Source: Pseudomonadota bacterium
GTDB taxonomy: Bacteria > Bdellovibrionota > FAC87 > UBA2466
Length of the DNA stretch: 64,000 nt
Assembly (NCBI GenBank): GCA_043718025.1
Contig: JAYSWN010000188.1
Coordinates: 1 to 64,000, forward strand
Reading direction: 5' to 3'
In this document: in pieces, positions 30,794 to 41,378 of the stretch
Layout: every line of letters starts with the position of its first letter
Numbering within the stretch: the first letter of the stretch is position 1
The notes under the pieces: model-generated
The model's input: only the letters and a program-made list of their open reading frames with translations
Told to the model about the DNA's origin: nothing
Database searches by the model: none
Made by a program: the position numbers and the translations under genes

Positions 30794-32259
30794 ACCACCC
30801 CTTCCGACCAGCGCGGAAGCGAAAAACTTCCTCGGGCCGACTCGAAAGCACGCGCCAACTGAAAGAGCGTATTCTCATCAAAGTGTTTACCAATAAACTG
30901 CAAGCCTACCGGCAAGCCTTGGGAGTCTTTTCCGCAAGGTACCGAAAGGCCCGGTAGACCGGCCAGATTTACCGGCAGAGTGTAAATGTCGGATAGATAC
31001 ATCGTGAGCGGATCATCGGTCTTTTCACCGAGTTTGAAAGCAGTAGACGGCGAGGTTGGCGCGACGATGCACTGTACCGTTTTATAAGCGTCCAAAAAAT
31101 CCATCTGAATTTGGCGGCGAACACGATTTGCCTTGAGGTAAAAAGCGTCATAATAGCCTGCCGACAGCGCGTAGGTGCCAAGCATAATACGCAGTTTCAC
31201 CTCACGGCCAAAACCTTTGCCCCGCGACTTGGCGTATATGGCGTCGGGCGAATCAAGATCGCCACTACGAAATCCATAGTGCACGCCATCGAAACGGGCC
31301 AAGTTGCTGCTCGCCTCGCTGGTCGCAAGTAAGTAATAGACCGACAGCGAGTACTTAGCGTGCGGTAGCTTAATGTCGACCAGCTTGGCGCCTTCGGCTT
31401 TCAGTAACTCTAACGAAGCCTCAAATGATTTTCTAACGTCGCCATCGAGCCCTTCGACCCAATCACGGGGCACGCCAAGCACGGCGCCCTTTAACGAAGC
31501 ACGTTGCAAGGTTTCGGTGTATTTAGGAACCAGGTTACGGGCGCTGGTAGCGTCTCTTCCATCGTATCCGGCCATCACTTCAGTAACCCGAGCGGCATCC
31601 CAAATGTTTTTCGCAAAGGGGCCAACTTGGTCGAGCGAACTGGCAAAGGCCACCACACCATAACGACTCACCCGCCCATACGTTGGTTTTACGCCAACCA
31701 CGCCGCAGAGGGCGGCGGGTTGACGGATACTTCCGCCGGTATCGCTGCCCAACGAAAACGGGCAGAGCGAAGCCGAAACGGCGGCCGCCGAGCCGCCGCT
31801 ACTTCCGCCCGGAACGCGATTGTGATCAAACGGATTTTTTACCGGACCGAAGGCGCTGTTCTCATTCGACGATCCCATGGCAAATTCATCAAGGTTAGTT
31901 TTGCCGATGCAAATCGCGCCGGCCGCTTCCAGCCGTTCGACTACGGTTGCGGTGTACGGGGCAACGTAATCGCCTAAAATTTTTGAGCCGGCCGTCATTC
32001 GCCAGCCCTTCACCAAAAAATTATCTTTCACGCCAAAAGGCACGCCGAAGAGTGGCAGTTTTTCAACTTCGCCCATTCTTTCGTCGAGTTCTTTAGCGCG
32101 GCGAAGTGATTCGGCCTCGTTGACGTGCAAAAAGGCGTTGAGCGAAGGGTTGCGCCGCTTGATTTCGGCCAAGTACTTCGCCACCACTTCAGAGGGTTTA
32201 AATTGTTTTTTTTGATACCCCTCGAGCAGATCGAGAATCAAAAATTTATCTAGTTCCAT
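30790..32259 (-). CDS. gatA: Asp/Glu-tRNA amidotransferase subunit A
   Basis: GKTNLDEFAMGSS, PGGSSGGSAAAV, GSDTGGSIRQPA, SSNLARFDG. Confidence 0.98.
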
Positions 32260-32261
32260 AA

Positions 32262-32552
32262 TTAATCACCTTCAAGAACGGCAGGCAGACGAAAGCTGTT
32301 TTCTTCAGAGTCGGGGGCATTTTTTAATAGCCCCGCAATGTTGGCGAAGTGCACCACTTTATCTTCACGCACCGAAACGGCGTCTTTGGGGACGTGGCGC
32401 ACAAATTCATTGGTATCGCCGCCAACCGAATCCAGCTCTTTAACGTACTCAAGAACGCGAGTGAGGCGGGTCTGAAAGAATTCTACCTCGGCCGACGTTA
32501 ACTCCAGACGGGCTAAACGGCCGATCTTTAATACTTCTTCTTTGGTTAACAT
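32262..32552 (-). CDS. gatC: Asp/Glu-tRNA amidotransferase subunit C
   Basis: MLTKEEVLKIGRLARLEL, VRED, NAP...F.LP.V; upstream of gatA; start reset to ATG 32552. Confidence 0.92.
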   Translation of the reverse strand: MLTKEEVLKIGRLARLELTSAEVEFFQTRLTRVLEYVKELDSVGGDTNEFVRHVPKDAVSVREDKVVHFANIAGLLKNAPDSEENSFRLPAVLEGD

Positions 32553-32559
32553 GGGCGCC

Positions 32560-32618
32560 AAGATACCCGTGCTCACCCCACCGCGCAACTTGGGTTTCGG
32601 CCGCCGAGGCCCTATAAT
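32560..32618. promoter_or_regulatory. Back-to-back divergent sigma70-type promoters
   Basis: Minus: TTGCGC-17-TATCTT-7-ATG(gatC); plus: TTGGGT-17-TATAAT-7-ATG(32626). Confidence 0.6.
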
Positions 32619-32625
32619 AGCCAAC

Positions 32626-33285
32626 ATGCGATACCGTAACCCCACTTTTGCCCAGTCGATAAAACTGGTAGCCCTATTTTTCGCGGTTTTCAGCGGCTTT
32701 ACCGCCTGCAAAATAGGTTCAAAAGACCTTCAGCTTGACCCAGAACTTAAAAGATCGATTTTCCCCATCGCCGATGGCTGGACTTGGACCTACAACCTAA
32801 TCACCTTCGGCAACTCAACTTTTGGCGTGCCCTGTCAACCCGGCACCCGAACCCAATCGATGTCGGCCACGGCCACCATTCAAGGCAAAACCGCGGTGTG
32901 GTTGCCCCTGCTCTGTGCCTCCACCCCCACCAATGCGGCCTACTCGGTAACCGGCGATCAGGTCTGGAAATGGACCGGCACAGAGTGGATCTCTTACCTG
33001 GATGCCCCGCTCACCGAAGGGCGAAGTTTTATTTCGGGCACCCGGGCCTACACTTGGTACCGCCCTTACAACGTTACCGTTCCCGCCGGAACCTTTAACG
33101 ACTGCTGGACCAAAAAAGACAACCGCAGCGACAGCTTTGAAACCTTTTGTCGCGGAGTAGGATTGGTAATTAGCCACAACGCCGATGCCGCCCCAAACGG
33201 CTGGCGCGCCACTTTAGAGAGAACTTTTGGTCCTACCGTTCGCCAGAGTGGCGATGAGAACGATGGCTTCGACGAACTGCCTTAG
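32626..33285 (+). CDS. Hypothetical lipoprotein
   Basis: Lipobox FTAC; FP..DGWTWTY and VTVPAGTFNDC...F.RGVGLV beta-rich pattern; start reset to ATG 32626. Confidence 0.72.
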   Translation: MRYRNPTFAQSIKLVALFFAVFSGFTACKIGSKDLQLDPELKRSIFPIADGWTWTYNLITFGNSTFGVPCQPGTRTQSMSATATIQGKTAVWLPLLCASTPTNAAYSVTGDQVWKWTGTEWISYLDAPLTEGRSFISGTRAYTWYRPYNVTVPAGTFNDCWTKKDNRSDSFETFCRGVGLVISHNADAAPNGWRATLERTFGPTVRQSGDENDGFDELP

Positions 33286-33290
33286 GCAGT

Positions 33291-34199
33291 TCACCACCAG
33301 TCGCCATATTGTAAATCTACGAAGCGGGTTGAATTGGGGTACTTTAGACTCCACGCCATGGGTACCGAAGCTCCGGGTGACGGCTCGTCACTCAGTTTCC
33401 AGGTAAAGAATTTTTTAATTCCCGTGGCGTGCGAAACCAGCTGCGCCGCCCGGCGAGCCGCTCCTACGTCAGTAGCAAACAGAATTTTAATTTCGCCCTT
33501 AGCAAAATCAGGCACCACGATCGCAAATTCGTCACCCACTTGGTAGCAGACTTCGGGCATCGGTTTGCTTTTCAGCTCGGCAAAGAAACCAAACTTCAAT
33601 AACTCCCAATCCACCCATTGCGGGTCGGGCAGTAGTGCCAAGCCAGGGCCACCACTTTGAACCAAATCGGTACGCCACTGGCGAATCACCCTTACGGCCT
33701 CTTCCATGGGCACCGCTTCGGGTTCGACCAGCCGCGCTTCAGTCGACTCGTAGGTGGGAATGATTTCGGTGATTTCGGCCACGGGTGTCGCGAAAAAATT
33801 AAACCGCTCGTAAAACTTTGGGGGGATGTCGGAGTACAGACACCACGATTTGTCGGCCTGGGTTTCGAAAAGTTCTTTTAACATTTTCGAAGCGTGCCCT
33901 TGCCCCCGTCGTTCTTTTGGCGTGAATACCGAAGCCAGCAACAACCCGCGCTCTTCGGCGTAGCCACCTTTATCGTCCTGGGTAGCAAAATCTATATCGA
34001 GGGTGTCGCAAGAGGACAAGATGGCCCCCGTGCCGTCTAAATAAACGTGGGTCTCAATGCGCGACTGGCCGAAGGGGTGATCGTAAAGCATTTCATTTCT
34101 TTTCACGAACTGATCGCCCGATAGGCCCTCGGCCCAGGCCTCGGCACGAAGAGTAGCTAGTTGAGTACGGTGTTTGGAGCTTCCGGTAGTTAAAAACAT
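33291..34199 (-). CDS. GNAT family N-acetyltransferase
   Basis: LASVFTPKERRGQGHAS (motif A), LYSDI..FYERF. Confidence 0.8.
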   Translation of the reverse strand: MFLTTGSSKHRTQLATLRAEAWAEGLSGDQFVKRNEMLYDHPFGQSRIETHVYLDGTGAILSSCDTLDIDFATQDDKGGYAEERGLLLASVFTPKERRGQGHASKMLKELFETQADKSWCLYSDIPPKFYERFNFFATPVAEITEIIPTYESTEARLVEPEAVPMEEAVRVIRQWRTDLVQSGGPGLALLPDPQWVDWELLKFGFFAELKSKPMPEVCYQVGDEFAIVVPDFAKGEIKILFATDVGAARRAAQLVSHATGIKKFFTWKLSDEPSPGASVPMAWSLKYPNSTRFVDLQYGDWW

Positions 34200-36484
34200 C
34201 AGCCCTTGGGTAGCATTTGTGCGAAGCGGAGAGAAATCTTTTTTAAGCCTCGGCCGACAAAATTTACGATTACTTTGTCTTTTCCCAAATGCCCCTGAAT
34301 CACCCCTTCGCCAAAAATGGGGTGCATCACTCGCTCGCCTTTGCGTAAACCACCGTCTTCGCTAAAAGAGGCTTCACGAAGGTCGTCGACGCCGCCACTT
34401 CCGTATACCTGGCTAAAATCGTCTTCGAAGGCGCCGGGCGTGTCAAAATCGTCGTGGGCCTGCGGTAAGGCCTTTCGCTCGGTAAAGCCACGCCGCCGGC
34501 CAAAGTAGTCGGCTTTCTGTGCCGCCACGTAGTTGGCCGGTATCTCTTCTAAAAAACGGCTCATCACCCGAAATTGCGGGTTACCAAACACCACCCGGTT
34601 TTTTGCGAAGAACAGACCCAAAGTTTTCTTGGCGCGAGTCATGCCCACGTAGAAGAGACGACGTTCTTCCTCAATATCACTCGGGTCAACTGGCTCCCAC
34701 GAGCGAATGTTGGGAAAAAGCTCCTCCTCGAGCCCCACGATAAAGACGTGCTCGAACTCAAGGCCCTTGGCCATGTGAATGGTCATCATCTTCAACGAGG
34801 GCGAATCAGGATCAAAACGGTCAAAGTCAGAGACCAGGGCCACCTCTTCCAAAAAACCCTGTAGTGAAAGGGGGGAGTTGGGAGATTCTGCCCCTTTTCG
34901 AAGTTCGTACTCAACAATGCTCTGGCGCAATTCGGCCAAGTTTTCTAAACGCGCCTGCGACTCCACCGTGGCTTCATCGACCAGCGACTTACGGTAACCT
35001 GAATCTTCCAACACTTGATTGATCAGATCAGAAGGCAAAAGCTCGGTGGTAGCCCGCTGCAGTCGTTTCATAAGCTCGTAAAACTTTTGAAACGATTTCA
35101 TCGCCCGACCCAGCTCCGAGCTTGAGCACACCGGCGAATCCCCAAAGTAACTCTCTAAGGTCTGGTAGCACGACTGCCCCAGCCCACGCGCCTTAGCGGT
35201 AAAGCGCTCCATCGATACCGCGCCAATGCCTCGGCCGGGCACGTTGATAATGCGGCGAAAGCTAACATCATCGGAAGGGTTATTGAGCAGCTTCAAATAG
35301 GCCAAGCTGTCTTTGACCTCGAGCCGATCATAAAACTTTAAGCCACCGTAGATCTGATAGTTGACCCCTTTGGCCCGCAAAAAGTCTTCGAGCACGCGCG
35401 ATTGGGCATTGGTACGATAGAAAATAGCCAGTTCGTTGAGCGAGGCGCCATTCGACACGGTGGCGCCCACTTTGCTCATCACCTTCTGCGCTTCATCGTG
35501 CTCGTCGTAGCACTCTTGCACATCAATTTTTTCGCCCTCTTCATTGTTGGTGAAGAGTTTTTTATCGCGCCGTTCGGTGTTGTGCGAAATAACGTGACTT
35601 GCCGCCTCGATAATATTTTGGGTCGAACGGTAATTCTCTTCTAATTTAAAAATCGCGGCATTCGGATAATCTTTTTCAAAGCTCAAAATATTTTGAATAT
35701 CAGCGCCGCGCCAACCGTAAATAGACTGATCTTCGTCACCCACGGCGCACAGATTAGCGTGCGGGCCCGCCATCAATTTCATCAACCGGTATTGGCAATG
35801 GTTGGTGTCTTGGTACTCATCGATAAAAAGATAGGGCAGCCGCTCTTGATACGCCGCCAGCACCTGGGGCTTAGTAGCAAAGAGAGTGACGGTCTTTAAA
35901 ATAAGATCCGAAAAGTCTAGCGCCGCCGAAAGTTTAAGCACCTGTGCGTAGCGGGCAAAGGCTTGGGCGAATGCCTCTTCGAAAGGGCCGCCGTAATTGG
36001 GTTTGAAAGTGTCGGCGTCAATGCCTTCGTTTTTCAATTTATTGATGCGGCTCTGAAACGCCTTTGGCGAATAGGCACTTTCGTTGAGGTTGAGTTCTTT
36101 CAGCACCGCCTTCACCACCGAGAGCTGATCGGAATCATCGTAAATAGTAAACTGGTTCGGATAGCCCAGGTGCTGAATTTCCGATCGCAAAATTCGTACG
36201 CAAGCCGAATGAAATGTGCTTACCCACATTTCGGCGCGTGGACGAGTGTCGGTCTGGGCCAGCAGTTTCCCCACGCGGGCCCTTAGCTCAGCCGCCGCTT
36301 TGTTGGTAAAGGTGACCGCAAAAATTTCGCTTGAGTCAATTCCCAGATCGGAGATGAGATGGGCAATACGGTGAGTGATAACCCGCGTTTTACCGGAACC
36401 GGCGCCGGCCAAAATAAGGATGGGCCCCGCGCCATAAGAGACGGCGGCCCGCTGACTGTCATTTAATCCGGCAAGAAGATCCAT
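34199..36484 (-). CDS. uvrD: ATP-dependent DNA helicase UvrD/PcrA
   Basis: LAGAGSGKT, TFTNKAA, DEYQD, VGDEDQSIYGWRGA, LEENYRS, MTIHMAKGLEF, EERRLFYVGMTRA, C-terminal Tudor-like RVMHPIFGEG; start reset to ATG 36484. Confidence 0.97.
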   Translation of the reverse strand: MDLLAGLNDSQRAAVSYGAGPILILAGAGSGKTRVITHRIAHLISDLGIDSSEIFAVTFTNKAAAELRARVGKLLAQTDTRPRAEMWVSTFHSACVRILRSEIQHLGYPNQFTIYDDSDQLSVVKAVLKELNLNESAYSPKAFQSRINKLKNEGIDADTFKPNYGGPFEEAFAQAFARYAQVLKLSAALDFSDLILKTVTLFATKPQVLAAYQERLPYLFIDEYQDTNHCQYRLMKLMAGPHANLCAVGDEDQSIYGWRGADIQNILSFEKDYPNAAIFKLEENYRSTQNIIEAASHVISHNTERRDKKLFTNNEEGEKIDVQECYDEHDEAQKVMSKVGATVSNGASLNELAIFYRTNAQSRVLEDFLRAKGVNYQIYGGLKFYDRLEVKDSLAYLKLLNNPSDDVSFRRIINVPGRGIGAVSMERFTAKARGLGQSCYQTLESYFGDSPVCSSSELGRAMKSFQKFYELMKRLQRATTELLPSDLINQVLEDSGYRKSLVDEATVESQARLENLAELRQSIVEYELRKGAESPNSPLSLQGFLEEVALVSDFDRFDPDSPSLKMMTIHMAKGLEFEHVFIVGLEEELFPNIRSWEPVDPSDIEEERRLFYVGMTRAKKTLGLFFAKNRVVFGNPQFRVMSRFLEEIPANYVAAQKADYFGRRRGFTERKALPQAHDDFDTPGAFEDDFSQVYGSGGVDDLREASFSEDGGLRKGERVMHPIFGEGVIQGHLGKDKVIVNFVGRGLKKISLRFAQMLPKG

Positions 36485-36605
36485 TGACCGAGATTTATCC
36501 AATGAATCCGAGCATAGAGCAAGCCTAGTAACCCAGAACAAAATAAGGGAGGGGCGCTCCCAACCCAAAACGCACGCCCCCCCCCTTTAAACCGAAACCG
36601 TTTAA

Positions 36606-37037
36606 TTAAAACGTTTCTGGTTTCCCCTTTAGATACCGGGTGCAAGTAAGCCCGTGGCCCACTTCCCCTTCTTCCCCCAAGAAACTTAAATACCCGCCCA
36701 CGGTCTTTAGCCCGCGTTTTTCATCAACGCCCTCTTTGAATTTGACCGTAAGTGACACCCGATCAGAATGGGTTTCAGCATTTCCGAAAACCGAATAAAG
36801 CGTGCTCGTAGAAAAACTGGTCTTTGCAATTTCTGAGTCGTAACGCACTAACAAAGTACCCCGATCTACGGAGCTTAAAACGAACGTAGCCGGATTGCGG
36901 GTGCCTTTGCTCGGGTTAATGTGGTGGTACAACTGTACCCGGTAGCCATCCACTGAATCGCAAATAAACCCACTGGCAAAACTGGGCCGCGCTAAAACCG
37001 CGCACAAGACGAGAGAGACGAACAAGAGACTTTTCAT
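36606..37037 (-). CDS. Hypothetical secreted protein
   Basis: Signal peptide ending SFA; terminal Cys pair (FICD...LTC). Confidence 0.7.
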   Translation of the reverse strand: MKSLLFVSLVLCAVLARPSFASGFICDSVDGYRVQLYHHINPSKGTRNPATFVLSSVDRGTLLVRYDSEIAKTSFSTSTLYSVFGNAETHSDRVSLTVKFKEGVDEKRGLKTVGGYLSFLGEEGEVGHGLTCTRYLKGKPETF

Positions 37038-37304
37038 GAGTTACCCTTCCAATTGGAAAATTCGAAGCCCAACGCCTCGGTAAACCGTTTTACAGTTTAG
37101 GAATCCGCCGCTTGGCTTTGAGCCAGGGCGAAAGGGGCGCCGAAGAATTCGTTGGTGCTTTCAAGCACCGCGGTAAGACAGGCCCCTAACTCTTCTTAGG
37201 TAGAGATCAGATTTAGCACCGCAAAATTACGCGTCAACCGTTTATCGACGACATAGCGCGTTACTATCGCCCGTTTGCGAAGGATAGTGTAAATTTTATT
37301 CCTC

Positions 37305-39344
37305 ATGAATCGATACTCTCTTCTTATCTTCTTGGTGATGGCGATAACTTCTGCGGCCTTCGCGGGCCGAGGCTCACGCAGGCCGCAAGCCACCTCGGGC
37401 TCGTCCGATAACGCCGCGATGGCACGTATTCTACAGGCGGAAGACAACCGCATTACCGGTGACAAACGGTTGCTCAGTCACTTCTCCAGCTCTTCCCGCC
37501 GCGTGGCCAAGGCCGCCATTCTGGCCGCGGGGAGAAACCGCGACGCTTCGTATTTAGAGCCACTCGCCAATTTGCTCAATCGCAAAGACAAAGAGTTCAA
37601 ACAGCTCGCCGCCTTTTCAATGGGCATGATCGGCACCGAGCTTGCTCTCAAAATTTTGCAGCAACATCTCGCCATGCAGAAAGATGCCGAAACCATCACC
37701 GCTATCATCAACGCCATGGGAATATCGGGAAGCGATAAGTTGCTCTCAACCGTTGCCCAGTTTTTAAGACCCGGCAATAAGGCTGAGGTTATGGAAGCCG
37801 CCTGCGAAGCAATGGGAAAAATTTTTTCCACGCTGGGAACCACTTCCCCATCCGGCATTCAAGAAATACTGAAAGATTTGGCGACGCTAGCGGCGGGCCC
37901 GGAGCCAGTAGCCCGAGCAGCGGCATTTGCCTTATCCCGTTGGAAAAATGAAATGACTCCTGTCACCCCGGCCCAGCTGATTGCCGCGGCAAAGAAGTCT
38001 AACTGGCCCGAAACGCGCGAGCTTTTGTTGCGATCGCTTAGTCGATTTAAGACTGCAGAAGTTTCTTTGTATTTGGCCAGCGAACTCGCCAATGCCACCA
38101 GTAATCCGGGCGTGCGCATCGAAGCCGCCAAGGCACTTTCGAGCCATCCGGCGTCCGAAATTATTTTTGCCGCATTGAAAACCGGTTTTTCAGAAGGTTC
38201 GTCACACTTGATCTATCAGGTGCTCGAAACCGTTTACAACATGGGGCCGGCCGCTGGTCCGCGACTTACCGAGAACATTGAAGCCTTATTAAAAAACACC
38301 CAATCGGTATGGTTGCGCGGTGGCGCCTTGAAAACGCTGGCGGCAATCAATCCGCCGCTGGCCCGTCAACGCGTCATCGAGCTAATGCCAAAAGCCGGTC
38401 CGCCGCTACTCGAAGCGTGCATTGGAGCGCTGGGAACCCTTGGCACCACCGAAGACTTGGAGAAGGTTTTGACCTTCCTCACCCACACACGAATGACGGT
38501 GGTACAAGCCGCGCTCGAGGCCCTTGCCCAAAGTTCAGAGGATAAATTTCCGGCCACGACCAAACCGCTGGTCCGAAAAACCTTGGAAACGGCCGATATT
38601 GGCGTCACCGCATTGGTGTCCCAAATCGTGGAGAAAAATCGATGGAAGGATTTTTCTGGTCCCCTGAGTCTGACCTACCGTCTGCTTTCGAAGCCAGACC
38701 AAGTGGAGGCCCGGGTAGCGATTTTGGGAGCGCTAGCGGTCGTGGGAGATCCCTCGCAGCTAGATGTGATTGAAGAGGCGTTCAAAGACAACGAACGGGT
38801 GGTGGTAGAAGCGGCGGTAAAGGCTAAGAAAGCGCTCACCGGAAAAGATGAGAGCGAACGCATTCCGGTGAATAGCAAAATCACCAAACCAGCCACCACC
38901 AAATATGATGAAATCAAAAACACCGGTGGCCGCACTCTGCTGCTACGAACGACCCGCGGCGACATCACAATTAAGTTTTTCGAAGAAACTTCGTTGGTGA
39001 ATTTTCAGGTCATGAAACTGGTGAAAGAGGGTTTCTACACCGGAAAGTCGTTTCACCGGCTGGTGCCTAATTTTGTTGGGCAAGGCGGCGACCCCCGCGG
39101 CGATGGTTTTGGGGGCCCGGGCTTTTTGATTCGCGATCAATATTCGCTGATCTCCCCCGAGCGCGGTCTGGTGGGGATTGCCACGGCGGGTCAAGACACG
39201 GGCGGCTCACAATTCTTTTTCAATTTAGCGCCCAACTTGCACTTAAGGGGCCGCTATTCCTTCTTTGGCGAAGTGACCCGGGGGCACGAGGTGCTCGACC
39301 AGCTCGAGGTTGACGACAAGATTATCGCCGCAAAACTTCAGTAA
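37305..39344 (+). CDS. Secreted HEAT-repeat protein with C-terminal cyclophilin-type PPIase
   Basis: Signal peptide; repeated helical VR..AA.AL units; TTRGDI, GFYTG..FHRLVPNFVGQGGDP, AGQDTGGSQFF, HL..RY..FGEV. Confidence 0.88.
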   Translation: MNRYSLLIFLVMAITSAAFAGRGSRRPQATSGSSDNAAMARILQAEDNRITGDKRLLSHFSSSSRRVAKAAILAAGRNRDASYLEPLANLLNRKDKEFKQLAAFSMGMIGTELALKILQQHLAMQKDAETITAIINAMGISGSDKLLSTVAQFLRPGNKAEVMEAACEAMGKIFSTLGTTSPSGIQEILKDLATLAAGPEPVARAAAFALSRWKNEMTPVTPAQLIAAAKKSNWPETRELLLRSLSRFKTAEVSLYLASELANATSNPGVRIEAAKALSSHPASEIIFAALKTGFSEGSSHLIYQVLETVYNMGPAAGPRLTENIEALLKNTQSVWLRGGALKTLAAINPPLARQRVIELMPKAGPPLLEACIGALGTLGTTEDLEKVLTFLTHTRMTVVQAALEALAQSSEDKFPATTKPLVRKTLETADIGVTALVSQIVEKNRWKDFSGPLSLTYRLLSKPDQVEARVAILGALAVVGDPSQLDVIEEAFKDNERVVVEAAVKAKKALTGKDESERIPVNSKITKPATTKYDEIKNTGGRTLLLRTTRGDITIKFFEETSLVNFQVMKLVKEGFYTGKSFHRLVPNFVGQGGDPRGDGFGGPGFLIRDQYSLISPERGLVGIATAGQDTGGSQFFFNLAPNLHLRGRYSFFGEVTRGHEVLDQLEVDDKIIAAKLQ

Positions 39345-39462
39345 AATGCCGACCGTTTCGACCACGGAGGGCCGAGTAAACTTCTAACCCAAAAAAAGAC
39401 CAACGCGCTGCATTCAGTTTTACTTCAGAAGATTCCGAAAAGATCGTGAGGAGTCTTCTAAA

Positions 39463-40221
39463 TTGTTTAATCGCTTTTCCAATTTTGCCGCCGTATTGAC
39501 CGCGCTGGTTTTTTGCGTGCCTACGCACGCTCGCCGCGTACAGCGTGAAGTGGTTAAAATTACTTCCGGTAAGCAATGGCGAGTGAATGACTCGGTCTGT
39601 TTTCATCGCTCGGACAAGATCATCGCGTGTGGAAAAGTGATTGGAAATAGTTCGTACTTAGTTTCGATTCGATCCCCGGCCCTAACCGAGAGAGTAAGCA
39701 GCGGCGAAACACTTTATGTTTTCGGCGCCGGCCCCGGCCGCCAGCCCAGCAGCTACGGCGACCGTTACGTAGTGAAACGAACCGTGCCGCTTTTCCACCG
39801 CTCGTTATCGTTCGGCGGCTACGGCGGCGATGGTTTTTTTCTTCCCGCCCTCCATTTCCAGCTATCGTTAGGCCGCGGGTTGGCGATTGGCTTGATGCCG
39901 GCATTTTATCGTCCGGCTACGGATTCGAGCATTTTGGGGTCGTTTGCCACGTTAGAGTTCTATCTAAGCGGAAACACTTTTAGCGGCATCAACCTATCAT
40001 TTGGTGCAGGAATTTATTCTTTTCAAGACTCTAATCTTCCCGCCAAATGGGTGCCGACGGCCCAAGCCACTTTGGGTTACCGCTTCTTGGCGCGCGGCGG
40101 GATTAATTTAGGCTTAGGCGTAGGCGGCCAATATGTCGACTCAGAGTCGAAGTTTCTGCGCGGTACCCGCACGTCCATCTTCCAGCCGTTAGCCAAGGCC
40201 GACATTGGCTTCTCTTTTTAA
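39463..40221 (+). CDS. Hypothetical outer-membrane beta-barrel protein
   Basis: Signal peptide; alternating amphipathic strands; C-terminal DIGFSF. Confidence 0.6.
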   Translation: MFNRFSNFAAVLTALVFCVPTHARRVQREVVKITSGKQWRVNDSVCFHRSDKIIACGKVIGNSSYLVSIRSPALTERVSSGETLYVFGAGPGRQPSSYGDRYVVKRTVPLFHRSLSFGGYGGDGFFLPALHFQLSLGRGLAIGLMPAFYRPATDSSILGSFATLEFYLSGNTFSGINLSFGAGIYSFQDSNLPAKWVPTAQATLGYRFLARGGINLGLGVGGQYVDSESKFLRGTRTSIFQPLAKADIGFSF

Positions 40222-40233
40222 AGCCGCCAAAGA

Positions 40234-41376
40234 TTAGATGTACTCGCCACGTTTGATCTTATCGACGATGATTTTTTCTGGCATCTGCGGATCGCGTGGG
40301 TCCACCATAAAGTACGATTGCTGCTCACAACGCCGCTTATTTTTCAGCAACCATTCGAGAAGCTTTGAGACCCCCCGGTTCTTTTTATCGCGGAAGAAGG
40401 GATCATTTTTTAGAGCGTCGGCCGCCTTTTTTAAAGCGCGCCCTTCCGAAGGGTCAGATTCTTTAACTGGATAATCACTCAGGTCGAATTTTTTTATGTC
40501 TTCGGGCAGTACGCCCAAAAACCGCACTTCGGGGGCACTAAAATCGGAATTACGAATTAAACTCGCGGCCGATCCCGCTTTTAACGTGCGGTAAATATTC
40601 TGCAGAGTGTAGGCGTCGAGGTCGCCAAAGAAGTAGATGGGCACCGACAGTTCGTCAGAAATCAGTTTGCACCAACCACGAACCGCATTGCTCGGAACGC
40701 CCTGCGCGCCCATCAATATACAGTTGTGCCGTTTGCAAAAACCGTTGGCCACGAGCGTATTCGCCGTACCTTCGGATTCAACCACCAAACAAAAATCGAT
40801 TTTCTTTTTGGCCTTAAGCCGTAGGCTTTGCGGCCGGTTTTTAGGCTGAAAAGGGGTTGTTCCCAATGAGCTTAAATCGACCACCGCTTTGGTACCGTCG
40901 AGCAGCGTTTCGGTAACCACCAGTTGATTAGAATAGGTTTGGCCGCCACGATCGTTGGCATAACAGTTTAACTCTTCGCGGTAGCATTCCAGCATTTCGC
41001 AGATGAAATCGATGATCGAATCACTTTCGGTCTGGTCGCCAAAATCGAGCGGGCCCAGGTCGGGAGAGTGTTTCACTTCACCTTTGCAGATGTAATAAAT
41101 TTCACGCTTGGTATTCACCGCGCCGGTTTCTAAATTTCGGAGAAAAATCTCTAAAACAAAGATCGCCCGCGACATCTTTTGCACCGATGCCACATTGAGT
41201 TCCGTGCGAACTTTTTTGCCGGCAGGGGTTAAATAACCCACCTTCGGGTTGTATTCCGAATTATCTAAAGAACATTTCACCGCTTCTAAAACCGGCCGGC
41301 GCGCATGTTCTAAATCGGTGAGCAAACGCTCGCACAAGGTTTTAGAAAGTTTTGGGATATCGCTAACTTTTTCCAT
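40234..41376 (-). CDS. top6A: DNA topoisomerase VI subunit A
   Basis: TKREIYY (catalytic Tyr), DQTESD, TOPRIM VVESEG, QGVP, FGDLD, EQQS. Confidence 0.92.
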   Translation of the reverse strand: MEKVSDIPKLSKTLCERLLTDLEHARRPVLEAVKCSLDNSEYNPKVGYLTPAGKKVRTELNVASVQKMSRAIFVLEIFLRNLETGAVNTKREIYYICKGEVKHSPDLGPLDFGDQTESDSIIDFICEMLECYREELNCYANDRGGQTYSNQLVVTETLLDGTKAVVDLSSLGTTPFQPKNRPQSLRLKAKKKIDFCLVVESEGTANTLVANGFCKRHNCILMGAQGVPSNAVRGWCKLISDELSVPIYFFGDLDAYTLQNIYRTLKAGSAASLIRNSDFSAPEVRFLGVLPEDIKKFDLSDYPVKESDPSEGRALKKAADALKNDPFFRDKKNRGVSKLLEWLLKNKRRCEQQSYFMVDPRDPQMPEKIIVDKIKRGEYI

Positions 41377-41378
41377 GA

